Shown here piece after piece: positions 1 to 8,118 of a DNA stretch of 64,000 nucleotides. The first letter of the stretch is position 1, and every line of letters starts with the position of its first letter. This DNA is from Candidatus Latescibacterota bacterium. GTDB taxonomy: Bacteria; Latescibacterota; UBA2968; UBA8231. Below the pieces are notes generated by a model. That model was not told the DNA's origin. It saw only the letters and a program-made list of their open reading frames with translations, and searched no databases. Location: the NCBI GenBank assembly GCA_965217585.1, contig OZ244561.1, forward strand, positions 6,112,001 through 6,176,000, read 5' to 3'. The translations under genes and the position numbers were made by a program.

Positions 1-230
1 CGCTGGGAGTGCGCCCGGAGTTCGTGCGACCGGCTGCCACAGCGCGGCTGCGGGCCGAGGTGGTGCGTGACGAATACCAAGGCGCGTGCCGCTACATCCA
101 CCTACAGGCCGAGTGCGGCCGGCTGGTCATGCGGGTAGCCGATCGGGAGCGAGTGGCCGTGGGAGCGTCTTTGGGTTTGGACTTTGCTCGGGTGCTGTTG
201 TTCGATCCGGCAAGCGGCAAGCGGCTCTAA
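1..230 (+). CDS. C-terminal part of sugar ABC transporter ATP-binding subunit (TOBE/OB domain), 5' truncated by window edge
   Basis: Frame reads LGVRPE...VVRDEYQGA...VLLFDPASGKRL*, the typical MalK-family C-terminus. Confidence 0.8.
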   Translation, partial: LGVRPEFVRPAATARLRAEVVRDEYQGACRYIHLQAECGRLVMRVADRERVAVGASLGLDFARVLLFDPASGKRL

Positions 231-304
231 GAAGCGGTCTGAAAACTCCCGGCGAGCCGCGTTGGGCACGGTCGAGAGGCTCTATAGGACGGTAAAAAAT
301 AAAC

Positions 305-333
305 TTGTCCGAATTTTATCCGCTAGGTATGTT
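305..333 (+). promoter_or_regulatory. Putative sigma70 promoter of the interrupted lipoprotein gene
   Basis: TTGTCC-17 nt-TATGTT preceded by an A-rich tract; AAGGAGG RBS before ATG 373. Confidence 0.5.
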
Positions 334-552
334 TATGCAAACGTAATCATTGCTGTTTAAGGAGGCTCTCCCATGCTGCGCTTGCTTCTCATCTTCATCC
401 CCTCTCTTCTAGTTGCCTGCTCCGGCGATAAGCCTGCGCCGATTGCGCCAGCGGGCAAGGCCATCTCAGCCGCCCCAAAGCCGGATCCGCCTACCAACCT
501 GCGCTTTGACGATCCAACTAAGTAGGTGACAAAAAGTTCGTTTACACCAGGT

Positions 553-1106
553 TTATGACTTCAGCCAGAAATTATCAGCGTAGACGCCGGCTTTTTGCAA
601 TCGCTCCTGCGGCCTCAGTTGCCAGATATACTGGCATGCCCTATCGGCGGACTCATCGATGGAGGCGGTGGGTTGGTTGGCCAACCCGCGTCCTTTCACC
701 CAACGCCATAAATGATCCATCGCATTCAACTCCGGGGTGGCCCGCGGTAATAGACGAATTTCCATATTCAGGTCGGCCGCCAACCGCAAACTGCCTTCCG
801 CTTTATGAGGCGAGCCCCGATCTTCAAAGAGGACGATCTGCCATCCGCGCCAGTGGGCGCGTATGAGACGCAGAAAAATCTGGTGGGTATCTTGCGTCCA
901 TTCCTGCGAAATCAGCAGCGCGACCTCGCCACTTTTGATGTTAAGCGCGCCGTGCAGAATCCGTTTGGCGCGCTGGCCGGTGATCGGCACCTGCACCGGT
1001 TGGCCACGGTGCCCATAACAACTATACAACGGCGGCGTTTCGGTGAGAATGACTTCATCCAGCATGAGGATTACGGTGCGTTTCCGCGTCGCCAGCCCCT
1101 TTTTAA
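553..1106 (-). CDS. IS630 transposase OrfB (DDE catalytic part), probably joined to OrfA by -1 frameshift
   Basis: LMLDE, LFEDRGSPH, LPRATPELNAMDHLW motifs; slippery TTAAAAAGGGG at ~1096-1106 (minus strand) in the OrfA/OrfB overlap. Confidence 0.85.
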
Positions 1107-1625
1107 CCCGCCTTTGGCTTGCCGCCAAGTCGGCGAGCGCAAGGACAAGGTATGCCGAGGCCGTTTCCATTTAATATCTAATCGAACCAGCGCTTGGCGG
1201 ATACTAGACACCGAAACGCAGAGGGTATGCTCTGCGTGTAGATACTGCGCCAATAACGACGCGGTCCATACCGTTGAATTGAGGCCGAAAAGACGAGGAT
1301 CGTGATCGATGACTTCGTCTAGCAGGGGCTCAATCACGCCTTTTACTTTACCCGGTCGTCCACTGCGGGGGGCGGCTTGAAGGCGCGTCGCCAGATTCGA
1401 GATCGACGATTGCTCAAACAGCCGGATCCATTTATAGATGGCTTGACGCGTAACACACAGGCGTTGAGCAACATGAGTTACCGAATCGCCCGCCGCCACC
1501 CAAAGCAGGGCTTGCGCTCGACGTAAGACCATCGCATCCGGGGTTTGGACGACCAAAGCCTCCAACAAGCGGCGCTCGCGGCGGGGAAGGGAAAACGGAG
1601 TCATAAGCGGCCTCCGGGCATACAA
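1071..1625 (-). CDS. IS630 transposase OrfA (HTH / winged-helix part)
   Basis: RRAQALL...VAQRLCVTRQAIYKWIRLF, PRSGRP, WTASLLAQYL, SVSSIRQAL, WKRPRH motifs. Confidence 0.88.
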   Translation of the reverse strand: MYARRPLMTPFSLPRRERRLLEALVVQTPDAMVLRRAQALLWVAAGDSVTHVAQRLCVTRQAIYKWIRLFEQSSISNLATRLQAAPRSGRPGKVKGVIEPLLDEVIDHDPRLFGLNSTVWTASLLAQYLHAEHTLCVSVSSIRQALVRLDIKWKRPRHTLSLRSPTWRQAKGGLKRGWRRGNAP

Positions 1626-2199
1626 CTAAGTTTAGAGGGCAAGGGAAAAGTGTCAACGGACTTTTTGTTAACTACTTAGCTCATCCTGTCGTGTGCGCTG
1701 GGATGCTTCTGAAGGGGCAACAGACTATGACGTAGCCTACAAAGACTCTTCTAACGAGGCCGGCTATTGGTTAAAAGAGCCGCACAAAGGGACTAGGCTG
1801 CACAATATCATTACGGAGCTTTCTCCGAATACGACGTATCGCTGGATGGTACGGGCTGGCAACACTGCAGGTAGGTCTTTATGGCAAGAAGGGCCTACCT
1901 TTACTACGCTGCCGGACAGCACGGCAGGTCAAAGGGGCGATACAACCACGGATGACGCTCCAGACGACAACTCGGAATCGATCGCTGCGCTACCCGATAG
2001 TACGTCATCGTCTGATAGCTCATCGTCGTCCGACAGTTCCTCAGCTACGTCCAGCTTGGACTCTTCGCCGTCTGATGTGGTTTTTATCCCGGATGCTGCT
2101 CTGAGGACGGCCGTAGAGCAGGCGCTAGAGAAGAGTCCCGGTGAGACGATCACGCAAGCTGATATGAATACCCTAGAGTTTTTTAAGGGAACCCGTTTA

Positions 2200-2730
2200 G
2201 GAATCAAGAACCTTAGAGGGTTAGAAACAGCGGAAAATTTGACATTTTTGACACTTGATCTCAATGCAATTTCAGATCTTACTCCATTGCAAAATTTGAC
2301 AAATTTGGAGAGATTGCAAGCTGCAAATAATGCAATTTCCGATCTTACTCCATTGGCTAATTTAATCAACCTGCGAAGCTTATATATTGTTAATAATCAG
2401 ATTTCCGATCTTACCCCTTTGCAAAACCTGACTAGTTTGAAGAACCTGGAATTTACCAACAATTACGTTTCCGATCTTACTCCCATAAAAAACTTAGATC
2501 TATCTGGATTAATTTTTAACTTTAATTACGTTTCCGATCTTACTCCATTAAGCAATATAGATCGGTTAGTTGGTCTACGATTTAGCGGGAACGATGTTTC
2601 AGATCTCACTCCATTGACAAATTTATCCTATCTACGCCGGATTGATTTTGACTGGAATAACGTTTCAGATTTATCGCCTTTGCTAGCATTGCCTCGCTTG
2701 GAAAAACTAAATGCTTGGGGCAATCCTTTA
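2200..2730 (+). repeat. Tandem ~66-bp (22-aa) LRR-coding repeats
   Basis: Recurring ATTTC(A/C)GATCTTACTCC(A/C)TTG-like unit at ~2268, 2334, 2401, 2467, 2530, 2596, 2662; markedly AT-rich. Confidence 0.85.
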
Positions 2731-3586
2731 AGCGAAACCTCTATCAATGAACATATCTCAGCACTTCAAAGTCGTGACATCACTGTATCTTTTTCGTCTT
2801 TCGATCCATTTGCCGAAGGTCCTTTTAGTATCGAGTTAGTCTTTCTTGATGATTTCACCGAGAGGGAAAAGGAGATATGGCACCAGGTTGCGAAGCGTTG
2901 GGAAGCGGCGATACAGACTGAACTGCCAGATTACGAGTTCCCTAATGCATGGTCTACTGGCTCTTGGCCATGTGGCGAACACCCGATTGAAATATCTGCC
3001 GGCGAACAAATAGATGATCTGCGAATTTATATAGAGAAGTTCACTGATAAGGGTGATATAGCGGGCTATGGGAGCGCCCGTCTAAGACGTTCAAGCTCCT
3101 TTCCGATTATTGGTTGTATCGGAATAGACGAACGGCTTGATACTCGTCTAGATTATATGAGGGATGTAGGAATCCATGAAATGGCACATGTTTTAGGTTT
3201 TGGCTCTAGCTCTTGGCGCTATAACGAAAGGGTTCGCCGTTCAAATGGCGATACTTATTTCACCGGGCCAAAAGCTATTGCGGCTTTTAATCAGGCCGGT
3301 GGTACAGATTATCAAGGCGCAAAAGTCCCACTAGACCCAGGTGGGGGCCATTGGCACCATAGCGTTCTAGCCGGTGAAATTATGAATGCCTATACTAACC
3401 CCCGAGTACTTTCAGCCATAACGCTTCAAGCACTGAGCGATATGGGCTACTCCGTTGATCTTTCAGTGGCCAAGCCCTACGTGCTGCCCTCCTCAACAGC
3501 TGCGAAACCCATCGCCGACGAGGTGCCCTTCTGCTCACTTGAAGGGCTGCCCCCGCCGGTCTATGTGGACGATTGATCCAACAGAG

Positions 3587-3625
3587 GCGGGCGCGAAGGA
3601 TGCCGCCTACGCGCCCGCTCCTTTT
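3587..3625 (+). terminator. Rho-independent terminator after LRR/peptidase gene
   Basis: GCGGGCGCG...CGCGCCCGC stem followed by TCCTTTT. Confidence 0.6.
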
Positions 3626-3806
3626 GCTACTTCTCTACCGGCGCGTTGACCGCACGACCAACGGCTAGGCGCAGGCGATAGCTTGCGCTTGGCCCAATTC
3701 TTTCCCAACATACGCTTTCGCATCGAAATCAAAGACCGTTCCGCCGCGCTAGTAAGGGATTGCTTTCGCACGGTCGATGTTTCCAACGAAGCGAACGCGT
3801 TCTAAG

Positions 3807-4838
3807 ATGTCTTGGTTACAGCTAAAAGGAGTGACGCGGCGCTTTGGCAAGGCCGAGGTCCTGTCTGGCATCGACCTGTCGCTGGGGGCCGACGAGATGC
3901 TGGTAGTGCTGGGGCCGACCGGCGCAGGCAAGACCACGCTGCTGCGGATCGTCGCCGGGTTGGACGCGCCCGACGCGGGCCGAGTCGAGATGGGCGGCGA
4001 GGAGGTGACGCATTGGCCGCCGGCCGACCGCGACATTGCGTTTGTCTTCCAGCACTTTGCTCTCTATCCCGACTGGAGCGTGCGGCGCAACTTGGAATTT
4101 CCGCTCAAGGCACCGCGCTGGCAGATGGCGAGCGGCGAGATTGACCAGCGCGTCGGCTGGGCGGCCGAGCTGCTGAAGATCGAGCGGTTGCTCGACCGGC
4201 CGGCGGCCCGCCTGTCGGGTGGGGAAATGCAGCGGGTGGCCATTGGGCAGGCGATTGTGCGGCGGCCGCGGCTGTTTCTCTTTGATGAGCCGCTGACCAA
4301 TTTGGACGCCAAGCTACGGGAGTCCCTTCGCCTAGAGCTGGCCCTGTTGCGGCAGGAGCTGGGCATCCCGGCAATCTACGTGACCCATGACCAAGCCGAG
4401 GCTCTGTCCATGGGCGATTCGATCGCCGTGCTGGCCGAGGGAAGGATTTTGCAGCAGGGCAGCCCAGAGGTCATTTATCGCCAGCCGGTCTCGCCCGTAG
4501 TGGCGCGCCAATTGGGTCAACCCGCGATCAACATCCTCAGCGTACAGCGGCGCGGGGATATGTGGATTGACCCGAACGGAGCCGAGCGGATGCCGGCACT
4601 GAGCGGCGGCGCGGGCGAGATGCTGCTCGGCGTCCGGCCGGAGGACATCGCGCCGGAGGGGGGGGCCGTGCCGGGTGTGGTGCGCGTCGTCGAGGACGCT
4701 GGGGCCGCGTGGATTTTATGGGTGGATTGGGCCGGGGCGTCCATTCACATCATCGCGTCTAAGGAACGGCGTTTTGCCCCGGGAGAGACCGTGTATCCGC
4801 GCATTGACGCGGCGCGGGCGCTGCTCTGGCCATGCTAA
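3807..4838 (+). CDS. Sugar/polyol ABC transporter ATP-binding protein (MalK family)
   Basis: Walker A GPTGAGKTT, signature LSGGEMQR, Walker B FLFDEP, VTHDQ; ATG 3807 preferred over 3777. Confidence 0.93.
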   Translation: MSWLQLKGVTRRFGKAEVLSGIDLSLGADEMLVVLGPTGAGKTTLLRIVAGLDAPDAGRVEMGGEEVTHWPPADRDIAFVFQHFALYPDWSVRRNLEFPLKAPRWQMASGEIDQRVGWAAELLKIERLLDRPAARLSGGEMQRVAIGQAIVRRPRLFLFDEPLTNLDAKLRESLRLELALLRQELGIPAIYVTHDQAEALSMGDSIAVLAEGRILQQGSPEVIYRQPVSPVVARQLGQPAINILSVQRRGDMWIDPNGAERMPALSGGAGEMLLGVRPEDIAPEGGAVPGVVRVVEDAGAAWILWVDWAGASIHIIASKERRFAPGETVYPRIDAARALLWPC

Positions 4839-4851
4839 CAGGAGGATAGAC

Positions 4852-6768
4852 TTGCGAAATTTGTCGATGTGGAGCGCACTGGGCATTGCGGCGATTGTAG
4901 CCTGTGGACAGCAGGAGCCGACTGCCAAAAAGGAGGAATTACCACTGGCCGAGGTGGGCACAGAGTTGATCACGGATCGGGATATCCGCTACCTGATCGA
5001 CAATGTGGCCGAGTGGGCCAAGAGCGAGCAAGAGGGCGACGCCAAGGTCCACGAATACTTGGAGTCGCTAATCAATCGAGCCCTCATTCTCCGAGAAGCG
5101 CGCGCCGGCAAATTAGACCGGAGTCCGGCGTTTGCCAGCGAGGTAGCGACGGCCCTGCGGCGGCGGCTGATACGAGAGATCGAGCAGCGCGCCGTCGAGG
5201 ACCAGGTCTCCATTACCGAGGAAGAAATGCGGGGCATCTTTGCCGAGCAGAACTGGGAGCGCTGGATCAAAATAGCCCATATCGTCGTACCCACCCAAGA
5301 GCGCGCCGAGGAGGCGATGGCGGCTCTGCGGGCCGGTACCCCCTTTGAGGAAGTAGTGCGCGAATTTTCGACCCATTCGCGCACGGCCGCGCTCGGGGGC
5401 GTGAAACCCCAGTATTACAGCCGCTTCCACGCCGTTCCACTGGTGCGCGATGTACTCTTTAGTCTCAAAGTGGGGGAGATATCGGAGCCTATAGCCGTCC
5501 CGCAGGGCTACGAAATTTTCAAGGTTCTGGACGAGTTGCAAGGGTCTTACGAACAAACTAGGGAATTTCTCTTTAAAACACTGTCCGAGGAGCGGCTGGA
5601 CGCCCGCAGAAAGGCGTATGTGGATTCGCTGGCCGAGCAGTTCCAATTGACTCCGGATCCGCACGGCTTGGGCATTCTAATGGAAATCTTACGCAGTGGG
5701 CGGGAGGATCCGGCGACCGGCAAAATGACGTTCCAGATTCCAGACGGTGCCGCCGAGACGCCCCTCTTCAGGTATGAGGGCGGACAGATTGCGCTCGGGG
5801 AAGCCATATTGCTATCCCCGGTCATTCGCCAAGGCAGAGACATATCCGACAGCACGAGAGTGACCCATTTTCTGGAACTCGACGTAGTAATGCCGCAGCT
5901 CATGTGGATGGAGGCAGATAAGTTGGAGCTCGACCGCGAACTCGAAGAATGGGTCAAGCGCAAGGAAGAAGAAGTGCTGATTGTGACCATGCGCCAGATT
6001 GCCACTGCTACCGACGAGGAGATAAGCCAACAAGAGGTACTCGATTACTACGAAGAAACCAAGGACCAGTACCGGACCGCCTCGGAGGTGAACGTGGTGG
6101 AGATCCAGGTGGCCAGCGAGGCCGGGGCCGAGGGGCTGCTCGCCGAGATTCGCGTCCTCTTCCGCCGGGCCTCTCCTTTGATCGATCTGCTCACTAGAAT
6201 GAAACAAAAGCAGCAGGCCGGGCGGGATCTGACCGAAGAGGTGCAGGCGCTGCGGGAGATGGACGACGATCTCGAGGTTCTGGAATGGCTCCGCCAGCGG
6301 CTGGATGAGCGGGGCGGAGTGGAGACGATCTTGGAGGAAATAGCTACGGCATCGAGTCCAAAAGAGTTGGCCGAAGAGTACATCATGCGGCAACTGGCTG
6401 CCACCCGCAGCCTGCGGCCGGGCGCTAGCGAAACAGAGGGGCACTACCATCTCTACTGGTACGAGACGGCGCGCTTTGGGGATTTGGTCGCAGCGGCCTT
6501 TGAGGGGGAGCTCGGTTCGCTCATCGGTCCCATGCAGGTCGGGCCTTCCTATTCTATTGCCAAAATTCTCAGTCGGCAGGAATCAGAAGCGCGTCCCTAT
6601 GAAGAGCGCGAGAGGCAGATAAGAGCCAATATCCGCAAGGAGCGCGAGAGGGAATTGTTCGGGCGCTGGTTGAAAGATCTGCGCACCTCGTACGCAGATG
6701 AGGTGCGCTATTTCGACGAGAACATCGAAAAGTTAGGTCGGGAATTGACCGCGGAGGGACGCGGATAG
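4852..6768 (+). CDS. PpiC/parvulin-type peptidyl-prolyl isomerase lipoprotein (SurA/PrsA-like chaperone)
   Basis: AGGAGG RBS then TTG 4852; lipobox IVAC; LAEVG..IT, IAHIVV...FEEVVREFS...GEISEPI...GYEIFKV rotamase motifs; second degenerate rotamase domain. Confidence 0.82.
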   Translation: MRNLSMWSALGIAAIVACGQQEPTAKKEELPLAEVGTELITDRDIRYLIDNVAEWAKSEQEGDAKVHEYLESLINRALILREARAGKLDRSPAFASEVATALRRRLIREIEQRAVEDQVSITEEEMRGIFAEQNWERWIKIAHIVVPTQERAEEAMAALRAGTPFEEVVREFSTHSRTAALGGVKPQYYSRFHAVPLVRDVLFSLKVGEISEPIAVPQGYEIFKVLDELQGSYEQTREFLFKTLSEERLDARRKAYVDSLAEQFQLTPDPHGLGILMEILRSGREDPATGKMTFQIPDGAAETPLFRYEGGQIALGEAILLSPVIRQGRDISDSTRVTHFLELDVVMPQLMWMEADKLELDRELEEWVKRKEEEVLIVTMRQIATATDEEISQQEVLDYYEETKDQYRTASEVNVVEIQVASEAGAEGLLAEIRVLFRRASPLIDLLTRMKQKQQAGRDLTEEVQALREMDDDLEVLEWLRQRLDERGGVETILEEIATASSPKELAEEYIMRQLAATRSLRPGASETEGHYHLYWYETARFGDLVAAAFEGELGSLIGPMQVGPSYSIAKILSRQESEARPYEERERQIRANIRKERERELFGRWLKDLRTSYADEVRYFDENIEKLGRELTAEGRG

Positions 6769-6856
6769 GATCGGGTGGGAGCATAAGTAAGAATGCCAAC
6801 AATGATTCCACCCTCGCCAATCTATCGCCGCTCAAGCGGAAAAAGAAATAAAAAGC

Positions 6857-6886
6857 TTGATTTTCATCAGTCGAATTGCGTATCCT
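6857..6886 (+). promoter_or_regulatory. Putative sigma70 promoter upstream of family C gene
   Basis: A-rich UP-like tract, TTGATT-18 nt-TATCCT in an AT-rich intergenic region. Confidence 0.45.
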
Positions 6887-7079
6887 ACCTCATAATTATA
6901 CATCTATACATCACGTCGAAATCACCGCTGGAATGTTTCCGGTATAGGTGTAAATAAACTTTTAAAAATCAATGTCTTGTGCCAGAAAGGAGGTGTTCCT
7001 TTTTCGTCGGAGTAAATCAGTCTAGGTCTGGGCTAAGCCCGGACATGTCGCATTGACCTCAACCTTGGAGTTTAAAGCC

Positions 7080-7994
7080 ATGAAGAAATTTGCCCTTATC
7101 GCTGGAGCCATTTTAATCTCCACTACTTGTTGGGCCCATCTACCCGAAGGGGTGGTGAGGCCGGCTGTTCAGTTCCCCACCGGACAGACTCCCATCATCG
7201 ACAGTGATCTGTCCGATTGGGACGTGGTTACTGATCCCTATTTGATCACCCACGAGGATTTGACCGAGACGGTGACCGGATTGGGCACTCAGCGCGATGC
7301 CGCGGATTTGGCCCTACGGGCCTTCGTCGGTTGGAGCCCAGAGACCAACAAAATCTACATCATGGAAGACCGCTTTGACGATGCTGTCTGGGTGGGCGAT
7401 CACAGTTGGGAAAACGCCAAAGGTAGTGGCTGTTCCGCCAATGCTCGCGATTTCCTGGAGATCCAGATCGACGGCGATCACAGCGGCGGTCAGTTCAATT
7501 CCTGGAACGACGACTCCCTAACCCAGGAAGAAAAAGACATTCTGCACGGCCAGCAGGCCCAGGGGTACGGTCTGCGCCCGAACGGACGCTACGCTTGGCA
7601 CAAAACCTACGAGCACGCCTTGCCACCGTTTGGCGACGCGGCCTTCACTTGCACCAGCGGCCCAGGTGAGCCCGGCAACTTCTATGCCGAGTACATGTAT
7701 ACCCCGTGGAACGATCTGCGCTGGACCGACGTACCCAACAGCGTCCAGCATATTCTCCAAGAAAATGAGATCTTCGGTTTCAACTTCACGGTTCTAGATT
7801 CGGACGATGGGGGCGGCTACGATGGCTACTGGACCTTGAGCGGCGACACCAATAGCTGTCACCACGCCGATTTCCTCAGCGACTTTTATCTGAGCCCGGT
7901 TGATCCCGACATCGACTGGGCCTCGCAAGTCCGGGGGGGCACGGCGGTGGAGGAAAAGGGCTGGGGCCAGATAAAGGCCACCTTTGCCGAGTAG
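7080..7994 (+). CDS. Secreted CBM9/DOMON-like protein with C-terminal TAVExxxWGxIK tail (family C, copy 1)
   Basis: Signal peptide MKKFALIAGAILISTTCWA|H; PIIDSDLSDW, DGDHSGG motifs; ends TAVEEKGWGQIKATFAE; paralogue of 28665-29600. Confidence 0.7.
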   Translation: MKKFALIAGAILISTTCWAHLPEGVVRPAVQFPTGQTPIIDSDLSDWDVVTDPYLITHEDLTETVTGLGTQRDAADLALRAFVGWSPETNKIYIMEDRFDDAVWVGDHSWENAKGSGCSANARDFLEIQIDGDHSGGQFNSWNDDSLTQEEKDILHGQQAQGYGLRPNGRYAWHKTYEHALPPFGDAAFTCTSGPGEPGNFYAEYMYTPWNDLRWTDVPNSVQHILQENEIFGFNFTVLDSDDGGGYDGYWTLSGDTNSCHHADFLSDFYLSPVDPDIDWASQVRGGTAVEEKGWGQIKATFAE

Positions 7995-8033
7995 TTGTAC
8001 TGCGCAGTGAAGGTTTGGCTGCGCATGATCGCC

Positions 8034-8076
8034 ATGCCGCCATGCCGAGAGTTTCCTCTGGCATGGCGGCATTTTT
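8034..8076 (+). terminator. Rho-independent terminator after family C gene
   Basis: 13-bp stem ATGCCGCCATGCC / GGCATGGCGGCAT followed by TTTT. Confidence 0.75.
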
Positions 8077-8118
8077 GTATACGTGGTAGCACGGGACCGA
8101 AAGGGGTAGGAGGTGCAG

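Larger units (their letters stand above)
521..1676 (-). mobile_element. IS630-family insertion sequence
   Basis: Imperfect terminal inverted repeats AGTAGGTGACAAAAAGTTCGTT / AACGGACTTTTTGTTAACTACT; TA duplicated at 519-520 and 1677-1678 (reconstructed target CTAG); HTH + DDE ORFs inside. Confidence 0.93.
373..3576 (+). pseudogene. IS630-interrupted lipoprotein: signal peptide/lipobox + FN3 + Ser-rich linker + internalin-like LRR + leishmanolysin (M8)-like zinc metallopeptidase
   Basis: 373-520 encodes MLRLLLIFIPSLLVAC-SGDK...PDPPTNLRFDDPT. Removing 521-1678 rejoins it in frame to SSSCRVRWDASEGATDYDV (ORF 1693-3576). LRR units read ISDLTPLxNLxxL; HEMAHVLGF, GGHW and GEIM motifs are present. 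Confidence 0.88.

Noticed and set aside
2200-2730. CRISPR-like periodic repeats
   Set aside because: Period of ~66 bp is in frame and encodes LRR units; repeats are degenerate; no cas genes
4675-4851. Upstream ORF-track extensions (4675, 26542, 50448, 53612, 53666, 32786)
   Set aside because: They overlap neighbouring genes or promoters; downstream starts have an RBS and/or signal peptide
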